The notes under the pieces: model-generated
What the model saw: the letters and a program-made list of their open reading frames with translations, nothing else
Databases searched by the model: none
Told to the model about the DNA's origin: nothing
Shown: positions 40,480-51,862 of the stretch, in pieces
Position numbering within the stretch: the first letter of the stretch is position 1
Layout of the letters: each line of letters opens with the position of its first letter
Program-made: the position numbers and the translations under genes
From: the human T2T-CHM13v2.0 reference genome, Homo sapiens
Length of the DNA stretch: 64,000 nucleotides
Assembly (NCBI RefSeq): GCF_009914755.1
Contig: NC_060946.1
Reading direction: 5' to 3' (one strand)

Positions 40480-43170
40480 CAGAGATTTAATGGCCAATAT
40501 TTTCTTTAGGATTGTTATGTCTAGGTTCACACATGGAATGGTCCTGTTGTTTTCCTATACTCTTCACTGGTTTCAGAATTAAGGATAGCATCATGAAATG
40601 ATTTGGACATCATTTTATATTTTCTAAACAGTTCATTTTGAAAAGAGAGAGATTAGCTGAAAAAAAACTCCTAAAAGTTTGGTGAAATACATGTAAAACC
40701 GCCTGGGCCTGTTATTTTTTGGAGAGTTGGGTAAGGGCAAAGAGTTGTGATTACCATTGTAGTTTAAGTTTCTTTTCCTTCTTACATCAATTTTGGCATT
40801 TTATCTTTTTTCAAAACTTTTAATGTCTTTTTCTAAAAGTTTGTGTAATCTAATTATTGTATAATTGCTAATAATATTTTTCACTTGTTCTTAAATTTAT
40901 TATGAAGTAGTTCAGATATATAAACAGTTAGAGTTGTAAGTCACAGTGCTTTGCGGTTGAAGTCGCCCACATACCGCTCCTGACGCTAATTCCACCGCCT
41001 TGCCTCCCGCACGACAGTACCACTCCCGCGTGTGAGAGCCCTCATTCCCAGCATTTCTAGATACCTCCACTGCATGTATGCACCTGGACCCTGAAAGGCG
41101 TTATTTTGTATTTTCATATATAGTGGCATAAAATCGTTTGTAGCGTTTTCTTATTCTTTGATCTCAGCTGCGTCTTTAGATAGCCTATTTTCCTTCCCTT
41201 TCCCTCTCTGACTCACACACACGCACGCCCACACACATGCACACACACGATTACCATTCCCAGAAATCAGTGTATTTGTCTTTTTGGCAAACTTTGCCCT
41301 TCTTAACCTTCTATATTGTCTTCTTTTATTTCTGACCTTTCTTATTCCCTCTTTTATTTTCTCTCTGGGTATATTATTCTTTTTCTAACTTCTTGAATTG
41401 GTCACCTAGCTCAGTAAGTAGTTTTTGTTTTTTCCTAACATACCTCAGTACTCCAGTCTCACAGTACCAGTGTCCTTCTTCGTCGCTTGGGGCTCTTGCA
41501 GTTACATAAATATTACCCTTGAATATAAACATTTAGGGCTATAAATTTTTCTTTAATATGTTGTATTCCACTAGTTTTATGGAATTATTAATTTTCTTTA
41601 TAACATAATGTATACATTTTCTGAAAATAGCATGTAAGCAGAAATGAAAATAATTGTAATTTTATTTTATTGGGTGAAAGTGATAATTGCAAATTATAGG
41701 CGAGTATAGAATAAATAAGAAACACCACTGTCCTTAATAAAAGAAAAACTCAGATATTCCTAAGGTAAATCTGGAGGCATCCACCTGTTTTGATATGTTG
41801 TATTTTCCCATTTCTATTTTGAGTTCTTCCATGGGTCATATGCTATGTGGTCCATTTTAAAATGTCTAAGTGATTGGCTACTTTTTAGTTATCCTCTTGT
41901 TATTGTTGCCTGACTTAATTGTATTGTGCTCTGATTATGTGGTAGTAATTCTTCGATATTTGCTGAGACTTGCTATGTGGCCTGTGCATGGTCTATTTTC
42001 ATGAAATATTCCATGTGTGCAGGTGAAGACCGTGGATTCACTATCTGAGACTGGGTTCTCCTTAACCGCATTTCAGAAGCCTGTTCACATAATTGTTTAA
42101 ACCTACCACATGCTTTCTAACTTTTCGTCTGCTGATCTATCAAAAGAGTAGTGGCTTAAAACTTCCCATGATGATGTTTTTTCAAACTTGTAGTTCTGCC
42201 AATTTTCTTCATGAATTTGGAGGCTATGTAGTTAGCTGCATACAAATTTAGAATTTTGCCTTTTTGCTAAGTTTATCATTAGGAAGTGGATCTTTGTTTT
42301 TATTAGTGCCCCTTACTTTAATATCTAGTTTGCCAGTCCTTTTACTATCAGCCATTTGGGGGGGCCCTTATGCTTTGGTGGTTTTCTTTTCAAATAGCAT
42401 ATAGCCTTTTAAAGAGCATGTGGCTTATTGCCATCATCTGTTAATCTACTGCTTAATTGTTTAGTTCACTTACATTTATAATGATTACTGATATTTTTCT
42501 TTTGTCTTATTTTTTAATTTTAATTTTTGTGGGAACATAGTAGATGTATATATTTATGGGGCACGTGAGATGTTTTGATCCAGGCGTGCAATTCGTAATA
42601 ATCACATCATGGAGAATGGGGTGTCCATCCCCTCAAGCATTTATCCTTTGTGTTACAAACAATCCAATTATACTTTTAGTTATTTGAAAATGTACAATTA
42701 ATTTCATCTTATATTTGTCCTGCCTTTTAGATGGTTTTTGTTGTTCCTTCCTTTTTCTATTCCTTTACATCAACCAGGGTTTTACAAAATGAATCTGTTT
42801 CTCTTCCACTGACTAGTTTGGAAGTATAACCCTCTACTTCAATGTGTGTGTGTGTAACTACATATATTTAACTTACTCTAAAAATAATATACAATTTGTT
42901 CCTAAACTTATAGCACTTTAACTCCCATGTTTTACATATTATTGTCTAGTATTTTTTGTTAGCCGAATGAAACATTACTCTTTTTATAAAGGCAATATTT
43001 GTTTCATTTATGCATATTTACCCAATTCTTTACTATTCCTTCATGCTTCTCACACTTTTGCATATAGAATTATCTTCCTTCTTTCTGAAATACTACCTTG
43101 GAAGTTTTGTTAGATGATATAGGGATCTGGTGGTGATGAACTCTGTTTCTGTTTGTCGAAATACGTATTC
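40480..43170 (-). mobile_element. Old L1ME-like fragments, with an L1MA 3' end at ~42515-42700
   Basis: Degenerate T-rich L1; catccctcaagcatttatcctttgtgttacaaacaatcc-type L1MA motif. Confidence 0.6.
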
Positions 43171-43456
43171 AACTGTCGAACTTTCTGGCCCTCCAACTAT
43201 GAGTAGCGTCTAAATTACCCCCCCACCGACAGTGCCCCCAGACCAGAGACGTGCGGGACAGCTCTGCTGCATGCATGGTCGTGCTCTCTGCTTGGCGGAT
43301 GTGAGGCTATGGTGTAGAGGTGGGGTTAAAACTAGAGAGATACGTGCTCAGTAATGACACACGGCCCACTCCATGTACTGCAAAGAAACCTAGACAGTGT
43401 GGAAAGAGTAGAGAAAGTGATCCAGATACAGCACTTAAAACTGAGGGAACTCATGC

Positions 43457-43462
43457 TTTAAT
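43457..43462 (-). terminator. Candidate TTC28 poly(A) signal ATTAAA (second ATTAAA at 43561-43566)
   Basis: tttaat on +; followed on - by ...cagttttaagtgctgtatctggatcactttctctactctttcc. Confidence 0.6.
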
Positions 43463-44585
43463 AGACACTGAAAATCACAAAGGAGGAAGGCCAAGTGCCT
43501 TAGCAATCTCAATAAAAATATGAAGTTCTTTTTACATGGTAAATTTCATAATATAAAAAGTTTAATGTCTGGAAATGGTGTAATTTACAAAAAAAGTCCA
43601 CGTAGGCCAAAGATGGCTAACACTGCATATAAGGAACGTGAATGCCAGCGGAAAGGTGTCTGAGGAGGGGCAGGGCCACAGGTGTCCTGACAGGGAACAT
43701 CTTTGAAGGATCTGGCACAAACAAGGGCCCAGTTCACAAACCACAGGTACACTCATTTTAGATAGAACAGCAGAATAGGTGATGAAAATTATACAGTTTT
43801 CACTTGTTGCCTACTTACTGAAAGCAAACCAGATTATTGCATGGCATTTTTCCAGCCTGAACTGAAATTATCAAGGCTACAGTTCTTCTTGTGGGTCTGC
43901 AAATGTGTGTGGCTGGGAGGTGGCAGAATCGGCACGGGCCAGGGACCGGCTGCAGTGATCATATGCTGGAGCGTCACTGGGACAGAGAGAGCAGGATGAG
44001 GACAGCGTGGGTGACACCTTTGTCTCCTGCTAAAACCCAGCAAGTTTCAGTGTGGACCGTGAATTTTTAAAAAATGGAATGGAGGTGAAAACTTTCATTT
44101 TGTGTTGCACATCAGTGTGGATCAAAATGTAAGTTTTAGTAGCAATTTTTCTCTTGATATTTTGACTTAATTAAAAAAATCAAATTAGTTGAGTCATTTA
44201 CTGGAGAGAATTAAGAAAGCTTTGACTCCCTTGCTCTGTGGTCCTGCTGAGGTTTCTAAGAGAGGGGAGTTGTACGGCTTATAGTCATTGTATTTACATC
44301 TGATGGAGTAGCAGAGGGTGGGGCATGCCAGTTTCCTGAGCTAAAAGGAAATATATGCAATGCTTTCTGCAAATGGTAAGGAAAAAATTGTTTTGTAAAT
44401 ATTACATCCATGGACTCCTCCCAAGTGGGACAAAGAGCCAAGGGCTATGCAGGAGGCATTTGCTTCCATCCACGTGGCCCTCACATACCCTGGGCTCCCC
44501 GGACGCCAGTCAGTCTATCCACTACCTGACTTGCTTTTCCTAGACTGGAGAAACAAAACGTTATTCCATTTTCTGTCATCCATAC

Positions 44586-45075
44586 CAGGAGTCAGCAAAC
44601 TTCTTAAAAGGCCAGGTATTGGCTGGGCGCAGTGGCTCACCTGTAATCCCAGCAGTTTGGGAGGCCAAGGCGGGCGGATCCCCTGAGGTCAGGAGTTCGA
44701 GACCAGCCTGGCCAACATGGTGAAACCCCATCTCTATTAAAAATACAAAAATTAGCAAGGCATGGTAGTGGGTGCCTGTAGTCCCAGCTACTTAGAGGCT
44801 GAGGCAGGGAGAATTGCTTGAACCCAGGAGGAAGAGGTTGCAGTGAGCCAAAATCGCACCAGTGCACTCTATCCTGGGTGACAGAGCGAGACTCTGTCTC
44901 AAAAAAAAAAAAAAAGGCCAGGTATTGAATATTTTATGTGGTGTGGGCCAAAGGCAAAATCAAAAATATGATGTAATTACTTATATAACCCTTTAAAAAG
45001 GTAACTTAGCTCATGGCTGTGAAAAACCAGACCGCTGACCAGTCTTAGCCTGTGGGTCATAGTTGCCAACCCCTG
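44586..45075. mobile_element. MER58-like hAT MITE in the TTC28 3'UTR, interrupted by an Alu
   Basis: TIRs caggagtcagcaaact / agttgccaacccctg; degenerate 8-bp TSD atccatac/atctacac. Confidence 0.75.
44621..44915 (+). mobile_element. AluS-like, antisense within the TTC28 3'UTR
   Basis: TSD aaaaggccaggtatt. Confidence 0.92.
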
Positions 45076-46643
45076 ATCTACACAAAGAAATCTTGGTGAA
45101 TTATACAGTTTCCTTTAATTCTAAGTGCATACTTTTTCCAGTGTAGCCTGAAACATTCACTGTGATTTTATGATTTTACATCCATTTTACTCATACAAGA
45201 ACACCAAGACTGACATACACGTAAAGTGGCGGTGACTTTACAGTGGCCTCTAGACTGTTCTATCATTTTATCACTTTTGTTTTCCCTTCCTTGAAACTTA
45301 TATTTAAGACAGAATAAAACCACATAAACCATTGGCTCTTCAGTATGAAACCTAAAACAACGATGTACATGGGACTAAAACCAGGTTAGAGTCCATGAGT
45401 AACTCCTAGCTGGCTCAATAACCACAGGAAGCGGCAGGGTGGTGGGGGTGTTTGCTAGAGAGGGGCAAATAGGGCCGCAGCCTTCCCCTCACAGAAAGAG
45501 AGCACAGACCCCAGAGCTTTACTCCAGGGATCCTTGGCACTTGGGAAAGAAGGAGGCTGAGAGATTTGCTAAGAGAGGGACAGCCTAACCATCTGCATAT
45601 GGATTTAGAAACTTGAGGTTTACTTTTCATTGTTAAGAACCTGATTTTGCTATCTAATGCACAGTGCTATAAATTTGGTCTTCACTTGCTACACTGGTAC
45701 TTTTATTACCATTTTTTCCCCTACTAACATAAAGAAACCCTCATAATTGCTGGCTTCTTTATAAAGTACTTCGCTTTCAGTGTTGGGATCAGGGCTAGAA
45801 TAAGACATGCTTATTGTTGGCTTTTGTCAACATGGCTGTTGGTTAAATTAAAAACCCCTAGGATGGAGCTCAGGAGAACACAGATTGGATAAATATTATC
45901 CTTTCTTCTTTTCAGAGGAGTACACTGAGGAACAGGTGAGATTGTCAGTGTATGCGCAGAAGCTGAGATCCCACCCATGGTTAAAACCCCCACCTGGGGA
46001 TCCTGAGGTCAGTGCCCCCTGCCAGGCCCCTCAGGTCTGCTCCATGTGCTGCTGGTGGCCCAGGCCAGGTGGCCGCCCACCTTCATGAGGAACCCTGTAG
46101 TGAGGTGGGTAGGATTTTAATTTTAGAATTACCTAAAAGATACTTATCTAAATTCTCCAACTAAACTCAGTACTAATACGACTTTCAGCATTTCCTTTCT
46201 TTATAAAATAAATTAATGGTTACCCCTAACTAGATGATTCCCTTGTCTTGCCTCAAGCTGGCAACAATTTAAGTTACCGTCAGAGCTGTAGGAGAAGTCC
46301 ACCTCCACTTTTTAAGATACATCTCTCTCTTCCCGGTTGGCCATAATCCAGGCATACGTCCCAGCAAAAGGCCCTGTTGCTTAGGATCTGTACGTGTGGC
46401 TTCAGCAGTGGGGGAGGGGCCAGTCCTTCAGACAGCAGGAGCACAGGAGGCTGGCCAGGGCCAAGGTGAGGGCCTGGGGGCAGCTCACAGAGGCAGGTGC
46501 TGGGATTGTGGGGACCTGGCAAAGGATTTAGATATAAGACAACTGAGGGACCTGGAGTTGGGAAAAGGGAATAAAATTCAGCAGCTAATAAAAGGGAACA
46601 GGAGCCTGGAAGGCGGGATTCTGGTTAAATCTAGTTAGCCATG

Positions 46644-46647
<4 letters not shown>

Positions 46648-46688
<41 letters not shown>
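46648..46688. repeat. T41 homopolymer (A41 in the TTC28 mRNA)
   Basis: Read directly. Confidence 0.95.
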
Positions 46689-46691
<3 letters not shown>

Positions 46692-47641
46692 TATAAGGAA
46701 ACGGAGTCATTTCAACCTTTCCTTCCAAACTTGATAATTACTTATTGATGACTATTCAAAATTTGACATTTTAAAAAACTTTTTGAGCTTTTAAAAATAA
46801 TAGCTATAAATGCAAAGTACTATTGATAATAAAACCAAGTTGTTTATCCATATACAAAAAAGGTCAATAATGTTTTAAAAGCACAAAGTTGCATTTTAAA
46901 TCACAATTGCATAGTTCTAAAATGCCTGGATAAGAGTTACATAATTTTTTTTTTAAGAAAATTCAAGTTTGGTTGACAGCGGGACCCAAAAGACATTTGC
47001 AGAGCAGAGTTCAGAATGGAAGCGCTGTTTCAATGTGAATTATTGCATTGTTGCTGAGATATTACACTATCATGAGACCAAAATTGCTACAATTTAATTA
47101 CAAATCATTGGCATTTTAAAAACCATTTTTCTGTTTTTGGCTAATATAACACTTTCCTGTAGAATTCAACTGAAATTTCATATATCCCACCCCCAACCAG
47201 CAACCGAAAGCCTTAGAAAAAGCTCTATTTGTATTTCTGTGTATAAAAGGTACTGCATATATACCTCTTAGCAAAATATGTGCTCCCTTTCCTCTCCCCA
47301 CCCCAGAACCATGATCATTTTTGTACAAAATCCTGGTGAAGAATCATATCAAAGATGAGAAGCAGGGAGTTCAAAGGTAAACAAACATTTGGTGAAGTGT
47401 GTAGGAAATTCCATGAGCCTCCTGTACCAGCCCCACAGAAGTCCTGGCTTTTGGTGAATGTGGCCCAGAAAAGCCACCAGTGTGTGTGGCAGCCTTTGGA
47501 CGTGGTGGTGCCCCTCGCCTGCAGAGCACAGCATCATGAGGGTGCTGGTGGCTGTGGGGGGACTGCACTCAGGGAAGGGCTGAAGCAAACGCCAGGCCCC
47601 CATCTGCAGGCTGCTCAGAGTCAGTGGGTATAAAAGATGCT

Positions 47642-49272
47642 TTAGCATTTGGAAGAAGGGAAAAATCTTCCTGGAGACAGGAACTTGTAGCCATTTCCAG
47701 AAGGAAGCCTCAAAGGGCGCGCGGGGGCTGTGGCGGGAGGGCCGGCGGGCAGCGGCAGTGAGCCCAGCGAGGTGGTCTCGGTGCGCCAGTGTCCGTTGGG
47801 AGGGGCTTTCGGTGGAGCTCCGTCATGCTGCTGCAGGGACAGCTCCTTCAGTTCAAGCTTATCCACTCCCTCCTCCTTCTTATTGTGCCGTGGTGACAAA
47901 TTCAGCAGACTGAGGACATCCCTTTTGGAAGTCATCGTGCCAGGAGCCCCCCGGAAGATCTTCATTGGCCCTGTGGAATGCTGGGGTGTGCTCTGCCAGA
48001 ACATCTTCAGGTTATGGACAGCCTGCACCTTTTCATCAATGGCTGCCATTTTCAGTTTGTCTATGTCGGGAGCGTCTGCTGGACTTGAGCGAGCAGATCC
48101 AGCTGAGGAGTAGGAGAGAGCTGGGGAGGGTGCACTGCCAGCAGGAGACTGGTGGCCGGAGCTTGGGGACATGTTCCTTGGTGATTTGGAAATGTGAGCG
48201 CTGTAAGGAGAGCTGGGGTACTTCAGTTTAAAGAGAGGCTGGTCCAGCTGGGAAGTCTGTGAGTCGCAGCCGGGCGATGGCCGGCCACTGTGCTGGCTCG
48301 GGCTGTCTTTGATGGACATCTCTGAGGTGGTGGGGCTGCTATATCCGGAACTCACCTTGGGCAGGGAGGAGCTCCTGGCTGGGGGCTTTGGTTTAACAGT
48401 GACTGGTGATGGCTGACTCTTCTGATGGGAGAGAACAGGCCTGCTGAACGCACTGGTTTCTGACGCTCTGAAGACAGCAGTGCTGCTGGGCGCCTGAACG
48501 CCGTCTTCAGGGTTATTACTCTTGCTCACCTGGCCGCCGCTCCTCTGAAGACGCTCCACCGCAATGAGATGACTCTGTGTCTCCTCCAGAATTTTCTGGG
48601 CTAACTCTTGTGGATCCAGTTTTGGGTTGCTTTCTTCTTGGGATTTCACGGTACTGTCCGTTTCTGTGCTAGACTGGTCTGATTCTCCTGTATCTGAGCT
48701 TGCTAGTTTTCCCACCTTTTGGAAGGGTGAGTTGGGGCTGGGAATCAGAGTCATTTTCACTGGAGAATTTGGAGTGCTGATGCTCCCTTTGGAGCTCACC
48801 GAGACTCTCATGCCTCCGGCTGTCCCAGGTTGGGGTTGTTTGTGGTCTGGTGAGAAGCATGTGTTTCGGTTTTCTTGGTAGGTCGCCAAGGGCTCGTTAC
48901 TGATGATAGAAAACCCTTCATATTCTTCTTCATCTTTGTTGCCTGCAGGGCGGGTCTGGGGAGGCAGCTGGCTCCTAGGCAGGGTGGATCTCTGCAGGTA
49001 AGCGTTCTTGGACCGGTCATGGTCCTGCCGTCCTCCGGGGCCTCCACCCTCTGATCCACCCTCGGGTTTGGAGACAAAGCTCATTGAGGAGGCAATGGAG
49101 CTCAGACTGTACACAGAGATGGCATCTGAGGCGATGCTGTCCGCACCGGTGGGAGAGAAGGGGGGTTGCTGGTAACCCAAGGGCAGGGCGTTGGAAACAG
49201 ACTGAGCAGAAGCAAGAGACTCGAGGGAGGAGGAGCTGTCAAGGCTGAGGCGCTTGGGTAGCTCAGTAGAAT
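47642..49272 (-). CDS. TTC28: TTC28 terminal coding exon: Ser/Pro-rich, probably disordered tail ending FFPSSKC*
   Basis: 546-codon ORF; acceptor ttgtgttttgtgcttag|AT at 49272 is in phase with the previous exon; TAA stop at 47642-47644. Confidence 0.95.
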
Positions 49273-49639
49273 CTAAGCACAAAACACAAGGGCCCCAAGG
49301 ACAGTTAGAATTCTATATGGTTTTGATTTTTCTTTCAAAATTTACGACATCTTTATATGCATAGAAGCTAGCAAAGAATTATGCAAGAGCTACTCATATT
49401 AATCTTACAATCCTCAAAAACATGGTCCTGTTAGAAAAAGTAAATCTAACATAGGGACAAAATCATTCTAGGAGAGCTCACAGCCACACCCACCCCAGAC
49501 CCACCATGGCCCATCTCCACTCTGCTCCCTGTCACATGCGGGGTCAGGGTAAGCAGCATGACCCTGTATCCGCCTTCCTCTGAGCAGGGCTGGCCGTGCT
49601 CCTGGGGTGGGGGCCCTTTGCTCAGCTGGGGCATGTGAG

Positions 49640-50575
49640 CAGTCTGTGACATCTCCTGCCCTCCTTTCCAGCTCCATCCCAGCAAGTCCCTCTGGCATCA
49701 CCGACACTCGCTCTCCACACTGCCTCTCCCCCATTCTCTCAACTTAGTCCATTCAGGTTTTAGTCCCTATCATTCTTATAAAGGTCACCAATGAGGTCCA
49801 CACTGCCAAATCCAGAGTCCATTGCTCAGTTCTGCAGTGAGAGAGACACACCCTGCCCTCACCACCCCCTCCTCCACAGGCCCCTCCTCATCCTTGTCAC
49901 TCTGAACCCTGGAATGCCCACAGGACACAATCCTCTTCCCCTCCGACCCGCATGCACCCCGGGTGATGCCATGCATGTTTCTGTCTCCATGCCAACCTCT
50001 CCCCTGAACTCCAAACTCACATACCAGCTGCCTGCATGGATGCCTAATGGATATCCCCAAACCGAATGTGTCCCAGATGGAACTCAAGCCCATTCCTCCT
50101 GCCACTTTCCTGACCTCAGCAGAGGGCAATCCCATTTTGGCAGTTCTTCCAAATAAAAAACAGGATACCACTTTGACCCATCTGTCATGACCTTCAGCAG
50201 ACCCCGTTGGTTCCACCTGCAAACCATAACCACCTTCCAAGCCAGCATTTGCTCTTCCCACTGTAGCCAGCTTGGCCCTTAAGAACATCAGTCGGGCTGG
50301 GTGTGTCCCCAGGGCCTGGAAATCTCCCAGGCCCACATGACCTGAGTGTCCGCTCCGGTCAGGCCCTGTGGCCCCACAGAGGACAGGCACACCTGTCGCC
50401 GCGTTCCCGTCTGCTCTGCCACCACCCTCTCACTTCCAGTCCCTTGCCCTGCTTGAGCACGTGCCAGCACCTCATACATTGCAAGTTCCATGAGAGCAGG
50501 GAGTTTTTGTTTCCTGCTCCTGAATAGTCCCTAACTGTTCCCTAACAAACATACACAAAAAATGTTGATTCACTT
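49640..50575 (+). mobile_element. L2 fragments
   Basis: Pyrimidine-rich L2-like body and 3' motif (gcaagttccatgagagcagggag...). Confidence 0.55.
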
Positions 50576-50669
50576 TTCTTCTGCTTCCCAAAATGTATGT
50601 GCTGGTGTCGGCCCCCAGGGAGAGCATGGCAGGCCCTGGTGGAGAACTGGTCTGAGGGCAGGCTCTTAC

Positions 50670-50777
50670 CAAACAGAGACAGCAGGGACTGGAGCGCGAA
50701 GTGCACAGTCCGTCGATTAGCTTGCTTCCCGGTTTTCAGGATTACTTCCTCCTGACCAACTTCACAGAGATCAAAAC
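50670..50777 (-). CDS. TTC28: TTC28 exon (~22, 108 nt): GFDLCEVGQEEVILKTGKQANRRTVHFALQSLLSLF-D
   Basis: Acceptor tttgttcctctag|GT, donor TTG|gtaaga, phase 1-1. Confidence 0.93.
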
Positions 50778-51518
50778 CTAGAGGAACAAAGAATATAAGC
50801 ATCTGCTTCCTTCGGGAAGATTCCAGATCTTGAACATGAGCGCTATAGGGCTCCTTGTGCAACTTCATGGAATGCCTGCAAGGCCCTTCAGCAAGCATTT
50901 GGGCCTGGGGCTTCCCCATGTCTGCACAGAGGTTGGTCATGTGGCAGAGGGGTCGGGCTGCCCCACCCAGAACATCCACTCTACGCAGCCCCCATTTGGC
51001 GTGTGTGTGGCTCTCACTGCCTGGCTCTCCTCTGTCCCTTCACGGAAAGCACTATGGACCAGAACTCAGTAAGGCTCACTCACATGTTTTCTTTTCCATT
51101 TTTTTTTCACAGAAGTACAGTCTATATAAAGACTGTCCAGGACAAAAACTGGCCACTCCATTCAGCATTGACAGCAGTATTTAAAGCTGGTGCATGGTGA
51201 GGTGAAGTTTCTCAAGGGCAAAGACAATGCCTTCATGCATGTTCAGTGTCTGCCCCCGTGGGCTTTGAAATGATCGCTGACAATGGGGGATCTGCAGTGA
51301 CTTCTCTGCCTCTGCCAAAGCCCAGGGGTGCTGCTCCCTAATTCTAAGGATTCTAATGAGACTCAGAGCAGGTGTAACACAGGGCATGGAGCTTCCTGAG
51401 CAAGAGGCTGGCTAACAAACTGTGGACGTGGTACTTAGACACATTAAGAGACATTACAGGGACACCTGCAAGTATGTCTCCCTGGGGAGAAGCCAAGTGC
51501 AGATGCTATGGCCACAGA

Positions 51519-51862
51519 TGATATGGTTTGGCTCTGTGTCCCCACTCAAATCTCATCTCAAGTTGTAATCCCTGGATGTCGAGGGAGGGACCTGGTGGGA
51601 GGTGATTGGATTGGTTCGCATGATAGTGAGGGAGTTCTCACGAGATCTGGTTGTTTGATAAGTGTCTGGCATTTCTCCTGTGCTGTCTCTCCTGCCACCT
51701 TGTGAAGAAGGTGCCTGCTTCTCCTTCGCCTTCCGCCATGATTGTAAGTTTCCTGAGGCCTCCCTAGCAATGCAGAACTGTGAGTCAATTAAACTTCCTT
51801 TCTTTATAAATTACCCAGTCTCGAATGGTATCTTTATACCAATGTAAGAACAGACTAATACA
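51519..51862 (+). mobile_element. MST/THE1 (MaLR) solo LTR
   Basis: TGatatggtttggctctgtgtcccc...gccatgattgtaagtttcctgaggcctccc...agactaataCA. Confidence 0.88.

Larger units (their letters stand above)
43437..47641 (-). other. TTC28: TTC28 3'UTR (~4.2 kb)
   Basis: Mostly unique, partly AU-rich sequence after the stop; ends at ATTAAA signals with U-rich downstream sequence; L1 relic resumes below ~43170. Confidence 0.75.

Noticed and set aside
47730-48881. + strand ORFs antisense to the TTC28 last exon
   Set aside because: Expected shadow ORFs of a GC-rich coding exon; no independent evidence
49273-49282. Start 'M' of the 546-aa ORF
   Set aside because: It is an intronic TTG upstream of the splice acceptor; the ORF is a terminal exon, not a standalone gene
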